Below, piece after piece: positions 39,165-53,170 of a stretch of 64,000 bases of DNA (its first letter is position 1; each line of letters begins with the position of its first letter). The translations under genes and the position numbers were made by a program. The notes under the pieces were generated by a model. It searched no databases. It had not been told where the DNA came from and saw only the letters and a program-made list of their open reading frames with translations. The stretch is from assembly GCA_043228905.1 (NCBI GenBank), contig JBHGNT010000022.1, forward strand, positions 11,036,001-11,100,000, written 5' to 3'. The DNA comes from Azolla caroliniana (Eukaryota > Plantae > Polypodiophyta).

Positions 39165-40357
39165 CAAGCTAGCCACACCAGTTTTCTCGCCAGTTGGGGT
39201 GTGTACATTCTTGTTTAAACCATCCAAGGCTTGTGAAATAGAGCCATAGGAAGCAACCAATGATTACATCTAATGAGAACTCAGGGTATTTCGCCATTCT
39301 GCGTATGTCACCCATGCTTGAGTACTTCTTAGATCTGATTGGAGTCCCAGGATCGAATCAAGAACTTGAGGGCCTATATAGTTATTCATGATTAGTTTCA
39401 TTGTTGAAGGTGGCATTTTGCCAATTAATTTCCCATTTCACCCCAAAAATCAAGGTGGCATTCCCCTTGCCATGATATGGTTAGTAGAAAAAACCTAATG
39501 CGTCATGTAGTTTTCTGTTCTAGGGAAAGTTAAAAAGATGAAATAGAGATGTATAGGTTGAAGTAAAATGATGAATTGAGTGGATTCTTCATTATATATA
39601 TGATGTATTAAAATTTAAAATTTCCATAAGAGTGATGAATATGCTGTATGAAATGGTCCTCAAGAACTGATGAGAAAAGTAAAATAATGTTACATAATGT
39701 GTAATAGAGTGATTGACCAACATTTTTTCCTTTGCAAATATGCTTGAACAATTGGTGGTTGTAGAACCGTAGTTGAAACAATGGTGAATAGTTGATGGAA
39801 TTCAACATAACAGGATGATGTCAGGAAAATGTCAATACAACATATTGAAGTTTTCAATTTTTTTGGATCAATAAACAATACAGACTGAAATCGTCTGGTT
39901 TGTTCTTTTGTGGATCAAGTAGAAATGATTAGATCAACTAGAAATTGGTTTGGATTGCATGAATAAAAACGAAAAATAAAATAGTAATATTTGAAGAAAG
40001 CAATGCCTCTCAAATTCATCTTCTCTTCCTAAGTTGTTGATGGGATCAACATTCCAGTTTATATAGCTAGAAAGAGATAATACATCATTCAATTAAGCTC
40101 TGATTCTGAACCATATCCATGATGTACACCTCAGCATTTTGAAGTCTACCAAGATACCTTAGACATGAATAAGGTATGATTTGAATGCCTTGGTCCTATC
40201 AAGATCTTGTGCTTCTCCTGTCAAGCCAGCAATGAATCATTTATTAGATCAAATATATTATCAAGCTAGTAACCAAAGGTATAGAGGCAAAAAAAAAAAC
40301 CTGCGTCTTAATGAACAATAATCCATACATAATATCAAGTGGCCAATAAATGATGCA

Positions 40358-43300
40358 TTATTGCATGTTTGGCCTTTGCCTCGCCTCCTCTTCAGCTTCC
40401 CTCCAAGCAGCCTTGAAGTAACCAAGTTCAAAAAACCATTGAAAATGACTCATAGGAGTAACTCAACAAAAACACAGAACTGAACAAAATCCTAACAGGG
40501 TGCTCCATTAAAGTTAAATATAGTCTAACTTTAAACTATTTATCATAGATCATTCGAAAAAAAATACTGCTTTCAAGAAATGTTATCACATACACATGAA
40601 AAAAGCGTGACCAAGAAGTACCTGTTCGAGCTCAAGTTTCGAGACATGGCGCTTCATTGCATTGTCGAGGCTTAAGCCTCCCCACACATCCTCCATCTGC
40701 TTCTCTCTCACTAATTTTCTTCTCGAAAAGTGGTCTACAATCTCCAAATCACTCTGCTTTCTACCTTGAACTTTGGAACCATGTGGGTAAGTCTTCTCTT
40801 CTTCCTTCACTAAAGGAGTCTCTTCAGGAGGTTTTTCGAGAAAATCTTCTTCCCTACTACCCACATCACCCAATGACATTTTTTGCTTCTCGTTCTCGGC
40901 ATGCTTTGCCTTGTCCTTTTCAAGCCTTGAAACATGTTTTACAAGAATGCTACCTAGATCAGGAACATCTTTTTCAGGATGAGATAGTTGAGATCCTTTC
41001 GGGTAATGCTGTTTGAGCCCAATAGGTGTCATCATGTGTCCCTTCATCGATGCTGCCTCCTTTTCTCTCTCGAGCCGAGAAACATGTTTTACTAGAATGC
41101 TACCAAGGTCGGACATCGCGTCAGAAGAACTTATCCCGTCGTGATTGTGCCTTATCCTTCCATAGCTTGCACTACCATCTTTCAGCTTATCCGGTTCATG
41201 CATGCCGGTGGCAGTTACAGTGCCTGTGACCTTGCCCAATATTGTACTTTCTAGCTTGCACATTTCTGATGATGCTTTCCCATCTGGTTTTCTTCCATCT
41301 CCAGTCTCTTCTGGACATTCATGTTCATTTATCGACACAGGTTTGGAAGTATCTTGAGCTGCAGCGAGCTTTGCTTTCTCTAGCCTCGAGACATGCTTAA
41401 CTAGGACCTGATCCAAGCTCTCGCTCGGCATTCCCTTCTGTTGCTGCCTCTTCATATATGACTTGGGTCCAGTGAGTATCTCTTCTAATTTCACCGAACC
41501 TTCTTCATGTTGGGAAGCTGCCTGAGCTGCAGCTAGCTTCTCTTTCTCAAGTTTTGAAACATGCTTAACTAGGATCTGATCCAAGCTCTTGACTGGGGTT
41601 TCCTTCTGTTTCCTCTTGATGTACCCATCCATCTCATGGAGTTTTTCATCCATGCTCGCAGAACCTTTATCATGGTCAACAGCACCAGTTTCCTTCATAC
41701 ATTTATGCTTGGAGGCTTCCTGAGCAGCAGCCAGCTTCTCTTTTTCGAGCTTTGAAATGTGCTTGACAAGGATCTGATCCAAACTCTCAGTCGGCTTTTC
41801 CTTCTGTTCCATCTTGACATACATATCCACCTCATGGAGTCTTTCTTCCACTCTAACCAAACCTTCTTCATGCTCATTAGCAACAGTGAGTGATTTTGTA
41901 TTATTCTTCATAGATGATGTCCGTTCGGAAGTTTCCTGAGCAGCCGCTATCTTCTCTTTCTCAAGTTTCGAAACATGCTTAATTAGGATCCGATCCAAGC
42001 TCTCGGTCGGCATTTCCTTCTGCTGCCTCTTAATAGAGACACATGGTTCTGGCTCGTCAAGAAACTGTCTTCTTGCCTTTGAAGCTTCAATCTCTCGTTG
42101 AAGCTTAGAGACATGTTTCACCAGAATGCTGCCTAGATCACTGGCCGGAGCAATAACATCCTCTCCTGCAACTCTGTTAACAGAGGAAGGAGTGCCATCC
42201 ATGGATTCTTCTTGCTCTAAGCTTTGATCCTTTAGTAGTGCGCTTAAACCACAGGTCGCGACAATACGTGCAAGTGAAGCCTGATGCTCAGCACTGAGAT
42301 TTACTATCCTTTCGAGCATCATTGAAGCAATGGTTGGGATCGGTGATCTCTTTTCCTTCCCTTCTTCCTCCTCCTCATGAAGGTTATATCGCTCGTCCTG
42401 TGAGCTACTACCATCTCCCTTTGTTTCGAGCTCCTTACATTGGTTTACCTCACCTCGATCATCCGAATTGCTCGCACCATGTGGGATCTCAGAGGTGTTG
42501 GTTATGTGAGATTGAAGCAGCTCTGAGATCACAATGTGATCGTGCTCACAATCGTGCTCTCGATCGCGATCTCTGGATTGATCAGCCAATTGTTGCAATA
42601 CTTCCTTGATTGCATGTGCCACGTCTTTGTCCACTTCAAAGGCTGAATCGAACGAGGCCGTAACAGTTCCCTCTGGATTGACTGTTTCTCGGTCGGCCGG
42701 TGGAGGCAGAGGACCGTTATGCAGGACTACCCCAAGCTTTTCGGCTTCCGCCATGGCTGCGGAAGCTTTCCTTTCTGCCTTTTGGAGCTCGATGATGGCC
42801 GTCTTGCAAGGAACCCTAGGAGAAAGACAGGTTTAGCAGGAACAATACTATGAATCAGAGATGATGAAGGAAATGAAGAGACTGACCCTGCTAATTTGAG
42901 GATGCGGCACCATGAGGCTTCAATCAGGGCATTCCTCCTTGCATCCATGGCTTGAGCTGCAGCATCTCGGGCTGCAAGCTTCTCCCGCCCGATCCTACAT
43001 AGATGCACACCAGCCGCACCCAGAGTCTCGTCCAGAGACGCCATTTTCCCCCCTTCCTTCTCCTGACACAGAGAAAGAGAGAAGCAGAACAAACCATCAG
43101 TGAAACTCTGACGCAGAGAAAGAAGTTCTTATCGACTTCAGTAGAAAGGAGAAGAAAGGAAAAGAGGTTGCAGAAGACGGAAAGACAGGACATACCTGCA
43201 ACATTCTGATCTTGCGTTCGAGGAAAGATTCGGTTTTCTTGCGAGGGAACCATCGTAGAATGGGAGACACGGATTTCTTCTTCCCTATCCCTGCACCTTT

Positions 43301-43783
43301 ATGAATAGATGTAGCAGCATGGCTATGGGGAGCTTTTCCCCGGCCATATCCTGCAGGAGACGACGAGGAAGGAGAGGATGGCATGACAGCAACGCCAATG
43401 GAATCATGCGAAAGCTGTGCCTTACAAGCAGAAGTGCTCTCACGCAGAGCGGAGGGTTCATGGAACTCTGTCTGAAATCCATCAACGCTCGTAGGATCGA
43501 AATGATTACTACAGATCTCGCCAAAGGGGGGGGACTCTGCAGGATGTTGCGATGGGTCTTCTGACACATAATCGGATGGGTTAGCTGAAGGATCTGCTGA
43601 TGGATCTGATGATGACGGATTTGGCGATGGATCTGCAGCTTCCGACTGCAAAAGAGAGAAGTAGCTGTGGGAAGGGGGATCTTGGTCAGAATCGTCGATC
43701 TGGGATTGGGTGGGGCTCCTGCTGATGGGGCTCGTGGACGCAGCCGCAGGCATAGCAATCGCCATCGCCATCGCCATCGCCAT
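40358..43783 (-). CDS. Uncharacterised plant coiled-coil protein, about 1003 aa, with 8 LVKHVS(K/R)LE repeats; exons 43783-43196, 43062-42887, 42815-40622, 40411-40358
   Basis: GT-AG junctions give one continuous frame (3012 nt); conserved-looking RWFPRKKTESFLERKIRMLQ and LIEASWCRIL segments; no TE motifs. Confidence 0.85.
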
Positions 43784-44029
43784 AGCTTCACTCTGTATCT
43801 GCTTCTCTGCTTCTCTGTGGATGCAGAGGAGGAAGAAGAAGAAGAAGAATTAATTTGAAATAAAATAAATTCAAAAAGATCAAAAAAATAAATTTAAAAC
43901 AATTAAGGGCCTATTCACACCAACGGTCATTTTTTTGGCTTTGTGTGTGTGTGTGTGTGTTTTAACACAAAGGAATGTGAACAAAGAAAAAAAAAACACT
44001 ACAAAGAAGTGAAAGAAGAAGAAGAAGAA

Positions 44030-44062
<33 letters not shown>

Positions 44063-44137
44063 GATGAAGAAGAAGAAGAATCATAATGGGGACATGCGGA
44101 TGGCACACCCGCCCATAGAGCATCATCAGACAATGTC

Positions 44138-44809
44138 TAGCAATTTGGCAATTGTCCGAACTGAACTGCGAAACCGGGTTCAATGGCTTAACGGTTTAAA
44201 TGGTCCAGTTCAGGTTTTCGTAAACAGTTCGGTTTGGGGGTTTAATGGTTCGGTTCGGTTCGGTTCAAGCCTTTATTGTTTTAACGGTTTTCGGTTTAAA
44301 TGGTTTCAAGCCTCGGTTTAAACAGTTTAAAGGGTTTGACAGTTTAGGATTGACACTTGATCATTTTCTTAAATCAAGCCTTTATTGTTTAACGGTTTTC
44401 AGTTTAAATGGTTTCAAGCCTTGGTTCAAACTGTTTGACACTTTAGGATTGACACTTGATCATTTTCTTAAATCTTTTTTTTTAACATTTTAAGCCTACT
44501 CTTGATATTTTAAGCAAAATCTTCAAATTTTTGAAAAATTAAAATTAGAATTATTGAAAAAGTTAATTTTTTAAAATTAAAATGTGTGAAATTCTGAATT
44601 GAAAACCAAACAGCGAAAACTAGTTTTAACAGTTTTACGGTTTAATGGTTTAAAGGTTTGAAAGTTTCCAAAACCGTTTGGTTTGAGCTTGAATTTTTTA
44701 TAACGTTCGGTTTAAACGATTTCGTAGTTCAGTTTGATTTTGTTTATGTTTTAATTTTTTTTAAAGGTTTGAGTTTGACACTCTCAAACTGAACAGTTGT
44801 TGATTGCTA
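44138..44809. mobile_element. Non-autonomous hAT-type DNA transposon (MITE-like), 672 bp
   Basis: TAGCAAT...ATTGCTA TIRs; perfect 8-bp TSD ACAATGTC (44130-44137 and 44810-44817); many subterminal CGGTTT/AAACCG motifs. Confidence 0.85.
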
Positions 44810-45473
44810 ACAATGTCCTTTCCAAGCCTCCCCAATCGCCTAGCCATTGATTCTCTCGTCAGCTCCCATAGAGATGATTGCTCCTCCCCACAATTCCTCT
44901 GCAAGAGTACGACAGAGAAGTGGATTCATTTAAAATCCTCACTTTAAAAGCATGGGATATCTGATGCCTTAACTATTCTAAAATCATATTCCGTAGATTT
45001 CTAAGAAACTAAGGTTATTCCTCATAGTTACGAAATGTGCCACCTCTAGGTAGACAACTCAGTTGATGGGTAACACCCATACCTATCATAAATGTGTTGT
45101 TATCTCGAACTTCATGTGACTTTATGTCTTGCAAAGAGTTGCACAAGACTGGCCAATGTTCATGAACTTTTCCTCATTAAGTTTAAGGATCTAAACACCA
45201 CAAACTTTTATGGATGAAATGAGTTTAATCCCCCAACTTAGGAAAAGGTAGAATCTTTAAATGGGGTAGATTCCACAATGACTACATATGGAAAATAATA
45301 TTAATGTGGATGAATGACTTGAGGATATGCGAATATTCCTTGGATATTGAGTTTCATTATTCTCAAAATGGCGTGCACATATACCAACAAAAGTATGTGG
45401 AAAATCTCTTTGAAGAAGTTCAAGATGTGAATAAATCAAGCCTTCCTTCACCAAAGTGAACCTAGACACATTG

Positions 45474-48400
45474 TGTTAGATATAATCAATGATCAGCCCC
45501 AAGTTGTAAATCTATCCCCATATGTGCTCTTAGAGTGCACATTTTGTGATAGCGCCCCAAATGAGGAGCGGCTAGTGTGCAACTCGACCATATGGGTCGA
45601 TAAGGTGTTAATCTAGGAAACCGTAGATGCGTAGGACACAATATATTTAGGAAAGAGAGAAATAGATAAAAGGATTGGCTAATCAAGTCAGCTAGAATAT
45701 TTTGTGGGCAAGTTACGATGTACTTAGTCTTGAAGTATGCGTCATTGACTTCAAGATAAGTATTATCTAGCACTAGCCTGTACCTAGGGAGTTGGGTCAT
45801 ATTAAATGACAAGTCAGTTGACAGAAAAGGAATATCTCCACTACTGTCAACTGACTTGCACATTTATACTAAGACCAAACATAGATTATAAGTGACTTTT
45901 CTCACACAGTGGTCAGATTGATCATTAGTCCCCACTAATTTTGTAGTGAGCCGGTCCATATCCTATCCAAGCTCTAAGGTGTGAGCGCATGGGAAAACTA
46001 CCATTTTGAACTACTCTCATATGTAATAGAAATTCTGTTTTCATATATCCATCTTTGCAGTTGTAACTCTATATACCTATCTACTCGATTCTCAATATTT
46101 CTAATATGGTATCAGAGCGAAGAGGTTGATCTAGATTAGGTATATACGGGTAGTTGCTGTCTAGCAACAGAGAGAAATAGAGAGAGAGAGAGAGAGAGAC
46201 AGAGTATCAATGGCCTTGTCCACGAATGTTGCAGCTGCTCCATTGCGCATTCGCCCACCTCCATTGTCTGATGGAAAGCTAGATGGAACCAACTACACTC
46301 TATGGAAGTTCAAAATGTTTGCCATTTTGGATTCCTACGAGTTGTTGGAAACAATCATGGGACCCACAGGGGGAGACCCTGAGCCCATGGCAACCTTTGA
46401 CCCTACACACTCTACCACATCAATTCCTCCAAATGCTGATCTACTTCGAGCCTGGAAGAGAAGGAATGCTGATGCGCTATGTACCATAGTCACTGGTGTA
46501 TGTGACTCCGTACTAACACTAGTGCAACATACAACTAGGGCACATGAAGCTTGGAGCATATTGGCCAGCCAGTATGAGACCAGAAACTATACAAGGATAC
46601 AAAACCTCGAAAATCAGCTTGCTGCAGAGAAGCTCGCTGATGGAGAGAAAGTAGAATCCTTTGTAAAAAGGATTAAGGATCTTCAAGATCAGCTGGCGGC
46701 TGTTGGAGTAGTCGTCTCTCAAGAGGATATGGCTCGTCGGTGCATTCGAGTACTTCCTTTCAAGTATGATGGCATTGTGACAGCATTGAACACTCAGGTT
46801 CGACCCACTCCTTTAAAATTTGATGAACTAAGTGCAATGCTGCTTGAAGAGGAGCTTCGGCTGAAGACAAGAGAAGAAAGGGAAGATTCAGCATTTGTCT
46901 CTAGGACTAAGGGTGAAGGGGCATCCAATTCAAACAATGCGAATAGGATACCGAAGAAGAAGAAGTTCAATGGATCGTGTTTCTACTGTGACAAGAAGGG
47001 TCACACAATCAAGGATTGTCGAAAGAAGATGGCGGATGAGAAGAATGGTTCTAATAAGACTTCTTGGAGAGAGCCCGAGTCCGCTAACAATGTCGTAGAT
47101 GAACTTGAGTTATGGGTCGCAACTGAAGAAGTGTGTTCTTCAGTTGACACTCAAGTTGTTGATGAGTCTTGGATTCTCGATAGTGGAGCATCCCGACATA
47201 TGACCAGTAATCGTGACTGGTACAGTTCTTGGACACCTCTACAAGAGCCCATCAATGTTGTGGTCGGGAACAATGCTCGATGTCCGGCCAAAGGAACCGG
47301 AACCATCTCCCTCAAAGCAACGACCGGTGGGACAAAGCATCTCTCTCAAGTGTTGTACGTGCCAGATCTGAAGAAGAATCTACTGTCCATTTCTGCACTG
47401 ACTGACAAGGGTCTTGATGTTCGATTCAAGAAGTCGGGTGCAGAAATAACAGATTCTGCTGGCAAGGTTGTAGGAATAGGGGTGAGGCGCAACAATCTCT
47501 ATGAGCTGAGCGCGTTTACCATTTCTACTGACCACAGCACAAGTACCAACACAAAGCAATGGCATGAGAGATTTGGGCATCTCAACGTTGCTGTGTTGAA
47601 GGAGATGAAGAAGTCGAATATGGTAGTTGGGTTGCCAACCCTATCTGACTTAAGTCATGTTTGTGATGCTTGTATGATGGGCAAGCATCAAAGATCAGCC
47701 ATTCCAAAAGAGAGTCAAAATCGGGCAAAGACTCCTCTACAACTAATACACATTGACCTCTCTGGAAAAATGGTGACTCCTGCAATGGGTGGATCTCTCT
47801 ACTATATGCTAATAGTCGACGACTTCAGCAGAAAGATGTGGGTTTACTTCCTTCGGGAGAAGGCTGAAGCTTTTAAAATCTTCAAAAGATGGCATAAGTT
47901 TGTCGAGCGAGAGTCTGGAAAGTTAGTGAAGGAGCTACGCTCTGATCGAGGTGGAGAATTCTTATCAATAGAATTCTGTGAGTATTGCAAAGAGCATGGA
48001 ATTAAGCGCCAACTTACAACTGCCTACACCCCACAACAAAATGGCGTTGTCGAACGTCGAAATCGAACAGTTGTCGAGATGGCTAGGTGTATGTTGAAGG
48101 CACAAGCGCTGCCCGACCCATTCTGGGCTGAAGCAGTGAACACAGCAGTTTACATCCTCAATCGGAGCTACACGAAGGCACTTCAAGGGAAAACACCCCA
48201 AGAAGCTTATTCAGGCAAGAAACCTTCAGTGCTGCACTTCAGAACCTTTGGGTGTATGTGCTACGCACATATTCCAGATGTGAGCAGAAAGAAGTTGGAT
48301 GCTAAAAGCAAAAAGTGTATCTTTCTCGGATATAGTGAAGAGTCAAAGGCCTATCGACTCTACGATCCAGAGGCAAGAAAGATATTGACAAGCCGCGATG

Positions 48401-50931
48401 TGGTGTTCGATGAGGAACAACCACAGCTAGCTGAGAACAACGATTCTCAAGTTATCTCATCAACTGAAGAAGTATTTTACCCAATCCCGACCCATTATCC
48501 AAAAAAGGAAGCTGAACCATCTGATGGTAATGGTTCACTAGTTCAGCCTATGCCAGTCCCACATGTAAAGAAAATACCTAAGTGGGCTCAACAACTCTTC
48601 AATGATCATACTCCTAAAGTTGAGTTTCCTGAAACTTCAACTGATGGATTACGAAGATCAAGAAGAATACAGGAGCAAGGAAGAACCTCTGACCACATTG
48701 TCAACATGGCTCTGATGGTGGACATCATAGGCTCAGTGAGTGAGCCGACCTCGGTAGAGGAAGCTATGGCCGACCCGAAGTGGAAAGAGGCGATGATATC
48801 AGAATATGATAGCATCATGAAAAATGACACATGGGAGTTGGTAGAGAGGCCAACAAAGAAGAAGGTGATAGGCACGAAGTGGGTATGGAAAGTAAAGTAT
48901 AAAGCTGATGGCTCTTTGGAGAAATTCAAGGCCAGGCTAGTAGCGCAAGGATACTCCCAAATTGAAGGGTTCGATGTACAAGAAACATTTGCCCCGACAG
49001 CTCGCATGACAACAATTCGAATGGTCATAGCGTTGGCTGCTTCAAGAGGATGGCCGATTTATCAAATGGATGTCAAATCAGCATTTCTGAATGGGCATCT
49101 CAAGGAGGAGGTATATGTGACACAACCACCGGGGTTTGAGATACCGAATTCAGAAAACAAAGTTTGCAAGCTGAAGAAGGCACTATATGGTCTAAAGCAA
49201 GCACCAAGAGCTTGGAACAAGAGGATAGACAGCTTCTTACGATCAATCGACTTTAAGCAATGTGCTTCGGATGCAAGTATGTATGTCAAAATGAAGGACG
49301 GGAAACAAGTCATCATTATCATTTACGTGGATGATCTAGTACTTACTGGTGACCATGAAGAGTGCATTGGCCAAACACAAGAGTGTTTGAAAACTGAGTT
49401 TGAAATGACAGACTTGGGGATTCTACACTACTTCCTTGGAATTGAGGTTTGGCAAACCTCGGTCGGCATCTTCATGTCACAAAGAAAGTATGCAACAGAG
49501 ATCTTGAAGACCTTCGGGATGATGGACAGCAAGTCGAAGTCGACTCCAATGGAGTCAAACTGCAAGCTATCCCAAGAAGACTCATCACCAATGGTTGACA
49601 TAAGGAAGTATAGACAACTAGTAGGAAGTCTAATTTTCCTATGCAACACTAGGCCGGATATTTGTTTTGCAGTCAATGTGGTGAGTCGATTCAGCAACAA
49701 GCCGAAGGAGACTCATTGGAAAGCTGCTCTACGTGTACTAAAGTACATTGTGGGTACTTTAAATTATGGAATCTTCTACAAGCCAACAATTGACCAACTT
49801 AGTGGATATTGCGACTCCGATTGGGCTGGAGATAGTGATTCCAGAAAATCAGTTTCTGGATATTGTTTTTCAATAGGATCTGGAGCTGTTTCATGGAGTA
49901 GTAAAAAACAACCAACAGTGGCACTATCTTCAACGGAGGCAGAATACAAAGCAGCATGCATAGCGGCATGCGAGGTAGTTTGGCTAAGAAGAATCCTTAT
50001 GGATGTGGCAGTCCCAATAAGGACGGCAACGGTATTGAGGTGTGACAATCAGAGTTGCATGGCCATTGCCAAGAACCCCGTATTTCATGCACGTACTAAA
50101 CACATAGAGATTCATTATCACTATGTGCGGGAGCTAATAAATGATGAGATTGTGGAGCTTGAGTACTGTCCAACATCAGAAAATGCTGCAGATATCTTCA
50201 CAAAGGCGCTTGGAGCAGAACAGTTGCAACAACACCTTCGACGACTAGGTGTTGGCCCAATTCCAAGTGAACTCAATGGGTTGATCATTGAGGGGGCGTG
50301 TTAGATATAATCAATGATCAGCCCCAAGTTGTAAATCTATCCCCATATGTGCTCTTAGAGTGCACATTTTGTGATAGCGCCCCAAATGAGGAGCGGCTAG
50401 TGTGCAACTCGACCATATGGGTCGATAAGGTGTTAATCTAGGAAACCGTAGATGCGTAGGACACAATATATTTAGGAAAGAGAGAAATAGATAAAAGGAT
50501 TGGCTAATCAAGTCAGCTAGAATATTTTGTGGGCAAGTTACGATGTACTTAGTCTTGAAGTATGCGTCATTGACTTCAAGATAAGTATTATCTAGCACTA
50601 GCATGTACCTAGGGAGTTGGGTCATATTAAATGACAAGTCAGTTGACAGAAAAGGAATATCTCCACTACTGTCAACTGACTTGCACATTTATACTAAGAC
50701 CAAACATAGATTATAAGTGACTTTTCTCACACAGTGGTCAGATTGATCATTAGTCCCCACTAATTTTGTAGTGAGCCGGTCCATATCCTATCCAAGCTCT
50801 AAGGTGTGAGCGCATGGGAAAACTACCATTTTGAACTACTCTCATATGTAATAGAAATTCTGTTTTCATATATCCATCTCTGCAGTTGTAACTCTATATA
50901 CCTATCTACTCGATTCTCAATATTTCTAATA
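45474..50931 (+). mobile_element. Intact, very young Ty1/Copia retrotransposon; LTRs 45474-46106 and 50299-50931
   Basis: Two 633-bp LTRs, nearly identical (2 differences seen); TSD CATTG; Met PBS TGGTATCAGAGC 46107-46118; PPT GAGGGGGCG. Confidence 0.97.
46210..50304 (+). CDS. Copia Gag-Pol polyprotein (GAG-PR-INT-RT-RH), 1364 aa, uninterrupted
   Basis: [69 protein letters not shown]. Confidence 0.97.
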   Translation: MALSTNVAAAPLRIRPPPLSDGKLDGTNYTLWKFKMFAILDSYELLETIMGPTGGDPEPMATFDPTHSTTSIPPNADLLRAWKRRNADALCTIVTGVCDSVLTLVQHTTRAHEAWSILASQYETRNYTRIQNLENQLAAEKLADGEKVESFVKRIKDLQDQLAAVGVVVSQEDMARRCIRVLPFKYDGIVTALNTQVRPTPLKFDELSAMLLEEELRLKTREEREDSAFVSRTKGEGASNSNNANRIPKKKKFNGSCFYCDKKGHTIKDCRKKMADEKNGSNKTSWREPESANNVVDELELWVATEEVCSSVDTQVVDESWILDSGASRHMTSNRDWYSSWTPLQEPINVVVGNNARCPAKGTGTISLKATTGGTKHLSQVLYVPDLKKNLLSISALTDKGLDVRFKKSGAEITDSAGKVVGIGVRRNNLYELSAFTISTDHSTSTNTKQWHERFGHLNVAVLKEMKKSNMVVGLPTLSDLSHVCDACMMGKHQRSAIPKESQNRAKTPLQLIHIDLSGKMVTPAMGGSLYYMLIVDDFSRKMWVYFLREKAEAFKIFKRWHKFVERESGKLVKELRSDRGGEFLSIEFCEYCKEHGIKRQLTTAYTPQQNGVVERRNRTVVEMARCMLKAQALPDPFWAEAVNTAVYILNRSYTKALQGKTPQEAYSGKKPSVLHFRTFGCMCYAHIPDVSRKKLDAKSKKCIFLGYSEESKAYRLYDPEARKILTSRDVVFDEEQPQLAENNDSQVISSTEEVFYPIPTHYPKKEAEPSDGNGSLVQPMPVPHVKKIPKWAQQLFNDHTPKVEFPETSTDGLRRSRRIQEQGRTSDHIVNMALMVDIIGSVSEPTSVEEAMADPKWKEAMISEYDSIMKNDTWELVERPTKKKVIGTKWVWKVKYKADGSLEKFKARLVAQGYSQIEGFDVQETFAPTARMTTIRMVIALAASRGWPIYQMDVKSAFLNGHLKEEVYVTQPPGFEIPNSENKVCKLKKALYGLKQAPRAWNKRIDSFLRSIDFKQCASDASMYVKMKDGKQVIIIIYVDDLVLTGDHEECIGQTQECLKTEFEMTDLGILHYFLGIEVWQTSVGIFMSQRKYATEILKTFGMMDSKSKSTPMESNCKLSQEDSSPMVDIRKYRQLVGSLIFLCNTRPDICFAVNVVSRFSNKPKETHWKAALRVLKYIVGTLNYGIFYKPTIDQLSGYCDSDWAGDSDSRKSVSGYCFSIGSGAVSWSSKKQPTVALSSTEAEYKAACIAACEVVWLRRILMDVAVPIRTATVLRCDNQSCMAIAKNPVFHARTKHIEIHYHYVRELINDEIVELEYCPTSENAADIFTKALGAEQLQQHLRRLGVGPIPSELNGLIIEGAC

Positions 50932-51039
50932 CATTGTTGTGTTGTATGATTTTGATGGGCGTGATTCATCGTAATTCTATGTACCACATCCTATTGCATA
51001 ATGTATCTCCCTACTTCGGTCATTGTATGTTAGGACCCC

Positions 51040-51830
51040 TAGTAATCAAATTGGAAGATCATATCACTAGTGGTGGCAAATGATAGAAAGAATTCAATAA
51101 ATTTATTGTCATTGAGCGCCACAATCTCCATTAGCAATATCATTTTGTTCTCAAATGAAATTTGCATGCAAGAACAATGAAATAGCTATAGATAATAGAA
51201 TGATGAAATTGGGTGGGGGGTGATTCCCTTTCTTGTATAGTCTTTCTGTAAAAATCTGTCCTAACGAATAGGAAAGTAGCTCTTTTTGGGGGAAAAAAAA
51301 TAGAATGATGAAATTGGCATCATAGGACAAAAAGGTGGAATGCCTATAAAATGATGAAATTTTACATCGACAAAAAAGACTAAACGATATTGACAAGAGG
51401 ATGAGGTTGCATCCTAAAAGCAAGCAAATGTCCATTGTCCAAACATCCCAATCAACATTATCCATATGTGTAGGCTCTTTAAAATAGTGACCATAAGCAC
51501 ATTAATCACTATATGTAACACCCCATATAATCAAATTGTAAGGTCATATCACTAGTGCAAGCAAATGACAAAAAACATTTTATTACAAACAAGTGCCACA
51601 ATCTCCCTTAGTAGTATCATTTCGCTCTCAAATTAAGTTTGCATCCAAGAACCATGAAATTGCCATTGTGAAGAGAATGATGAGAATTTTATTGTACGGC
51701 AAAGAAGTTTAATGTGAACAAGATGATGAAATTTCCATAACATGACAAAACCTTTCGATGTAGACAAGATTATGTGATTTGCATGCTAAAAGCAAGGAAA
51801 ATTCCAATTCAATTCCAATGTATTATAACC
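51040..51830. repeat. Two diverged direct repeats of about 480 bp
   Basis: ATATCACTAGTG...GCCACAATCTCC...GTTTGCAT/ATTTGCAT...GAAAT segments recur near 51061 and 51546. Confidence 0.6.
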
Positions 51831-52479
51831 ATGCTACATGCATTGATAGCATGATCTCATTTATTGCATTCAAACTTGATCTCTCATATTCAATTTCTAA
51901 TGCCCTAACCACTCCACTAAAAAACCATGCTGATACAACACTTTACATGTATACGTAGCATAGCTCATTCAATGTATTCAAGCTTGAGTTCTCATGGGAT
52001 TGGAAGTCAAGCACTTGGATTCAAATTCCAAATTAATGCCCTGATCAATCCAGTAAAGAACCAAATCGATACAACATTTTACATGTATAGGTAGCATAGC
52101 TCATTCAATGGATTCAAGCTCGAGTTCTCATGGGATTTGAAGTCGGGCACTTGGATTCAAATTCCAAAGTCCTACCCATTTTAACTACAAGACTATAGAT
52201 CCATGTTACAACGATCTAAGGTTCTATAGAGGTTAGAACTCAAGCTATTGAATTCAAAGTCCAATGCCATATCCATTAGATTATAAATTCTATCAAGATT
52301 TGAAATTCAAACTCTTGAATACCAATATGATATAACTATGTCACATATACAAGTCTATGGAGAGAATGACCACTAAGCGAGGTTGGATACAAATTTCAAT
52401 GTAGGATAATCATATTACATGTGTAACTATATCAAGATCACGAGTCATCCACAAAGTTAGATTCCGCATGTTGGAGATT

Positions 52480-53170
52480 TGGGATATAACCAAGGGCCAA
52501 TAACCTTTACAACCTTGATCGTGACATGTGTACAAGTCGGTTATGCCACAACATTGGTTTTAGCATCTCTGCTACGTTTAGTGACTCCCCTTGACTCACT
52601 TAGCATGTTTCCTTTCAATATGTACCACAACAACTCTCTTAGTGTTGTCTTGTACCCAACTTCGACCATCATCCCTATTAAGATTAAACTCCACATTAGC
52701 TTGGGTTTGTAGGGGATATTTTCGCTTGGCAATCGAATCACAATGTCTTCAATTATGGTGATCTTATACTCATGCGTGTTGCTGAGTCAAACCAAGTTGG
52801 CACTTGTCGTATAGTTCGAGAACCATTCGTGATGGGGAGTAACATGGAAGGTGGCGCCCAAGTCGAACAACCATGTTTGTGCAACTTCTGCATTGTATAG
52901 GATTTTGCCAGTCAATGATTCCTCAAGCGAGAGGACTTTGTTTAACGATGTCATGAAGATGAGTTTGAGATAAATCGTGGTTATTAAATGGACCTGTTCG
53001 GAAGAGCTTGCTTTTCAGCCATCCTTCTTCCCTTTATTTTACTTGGCCAATGACCAACAATCTAACCGTGGGTGCCCAACTTTTAGGCAATACATGTAGA
53101 ACGTGTCTAGATTTGTTGGTCTCTTCTTCCTTTTGATTTTCTTAACCGATTCTTGCTGCCTATTCCCCGA
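52480..53170 (-). mobile_element. Copia gag/protease fragment inside the tRNA array
   Basis: Decayed CCHC knuckle (YCLKVGHPRLDC) and WLFDLGATFHVT protease motif on the minus strand. Confidence 0.65.

Noticed and set aside
39340-39362. GTCCCAGGATCGAATC resembling an initiator tRNA T-arm
   Set aside because: Short match with no A box at the proper distance; likely chance in a 3' UTR.
45486-45863. 125-aa antisense ORF, repeated at 50311-50688
   Set aside because: It is duplicated only because it lies in the two LTRs; no recognisable domain.
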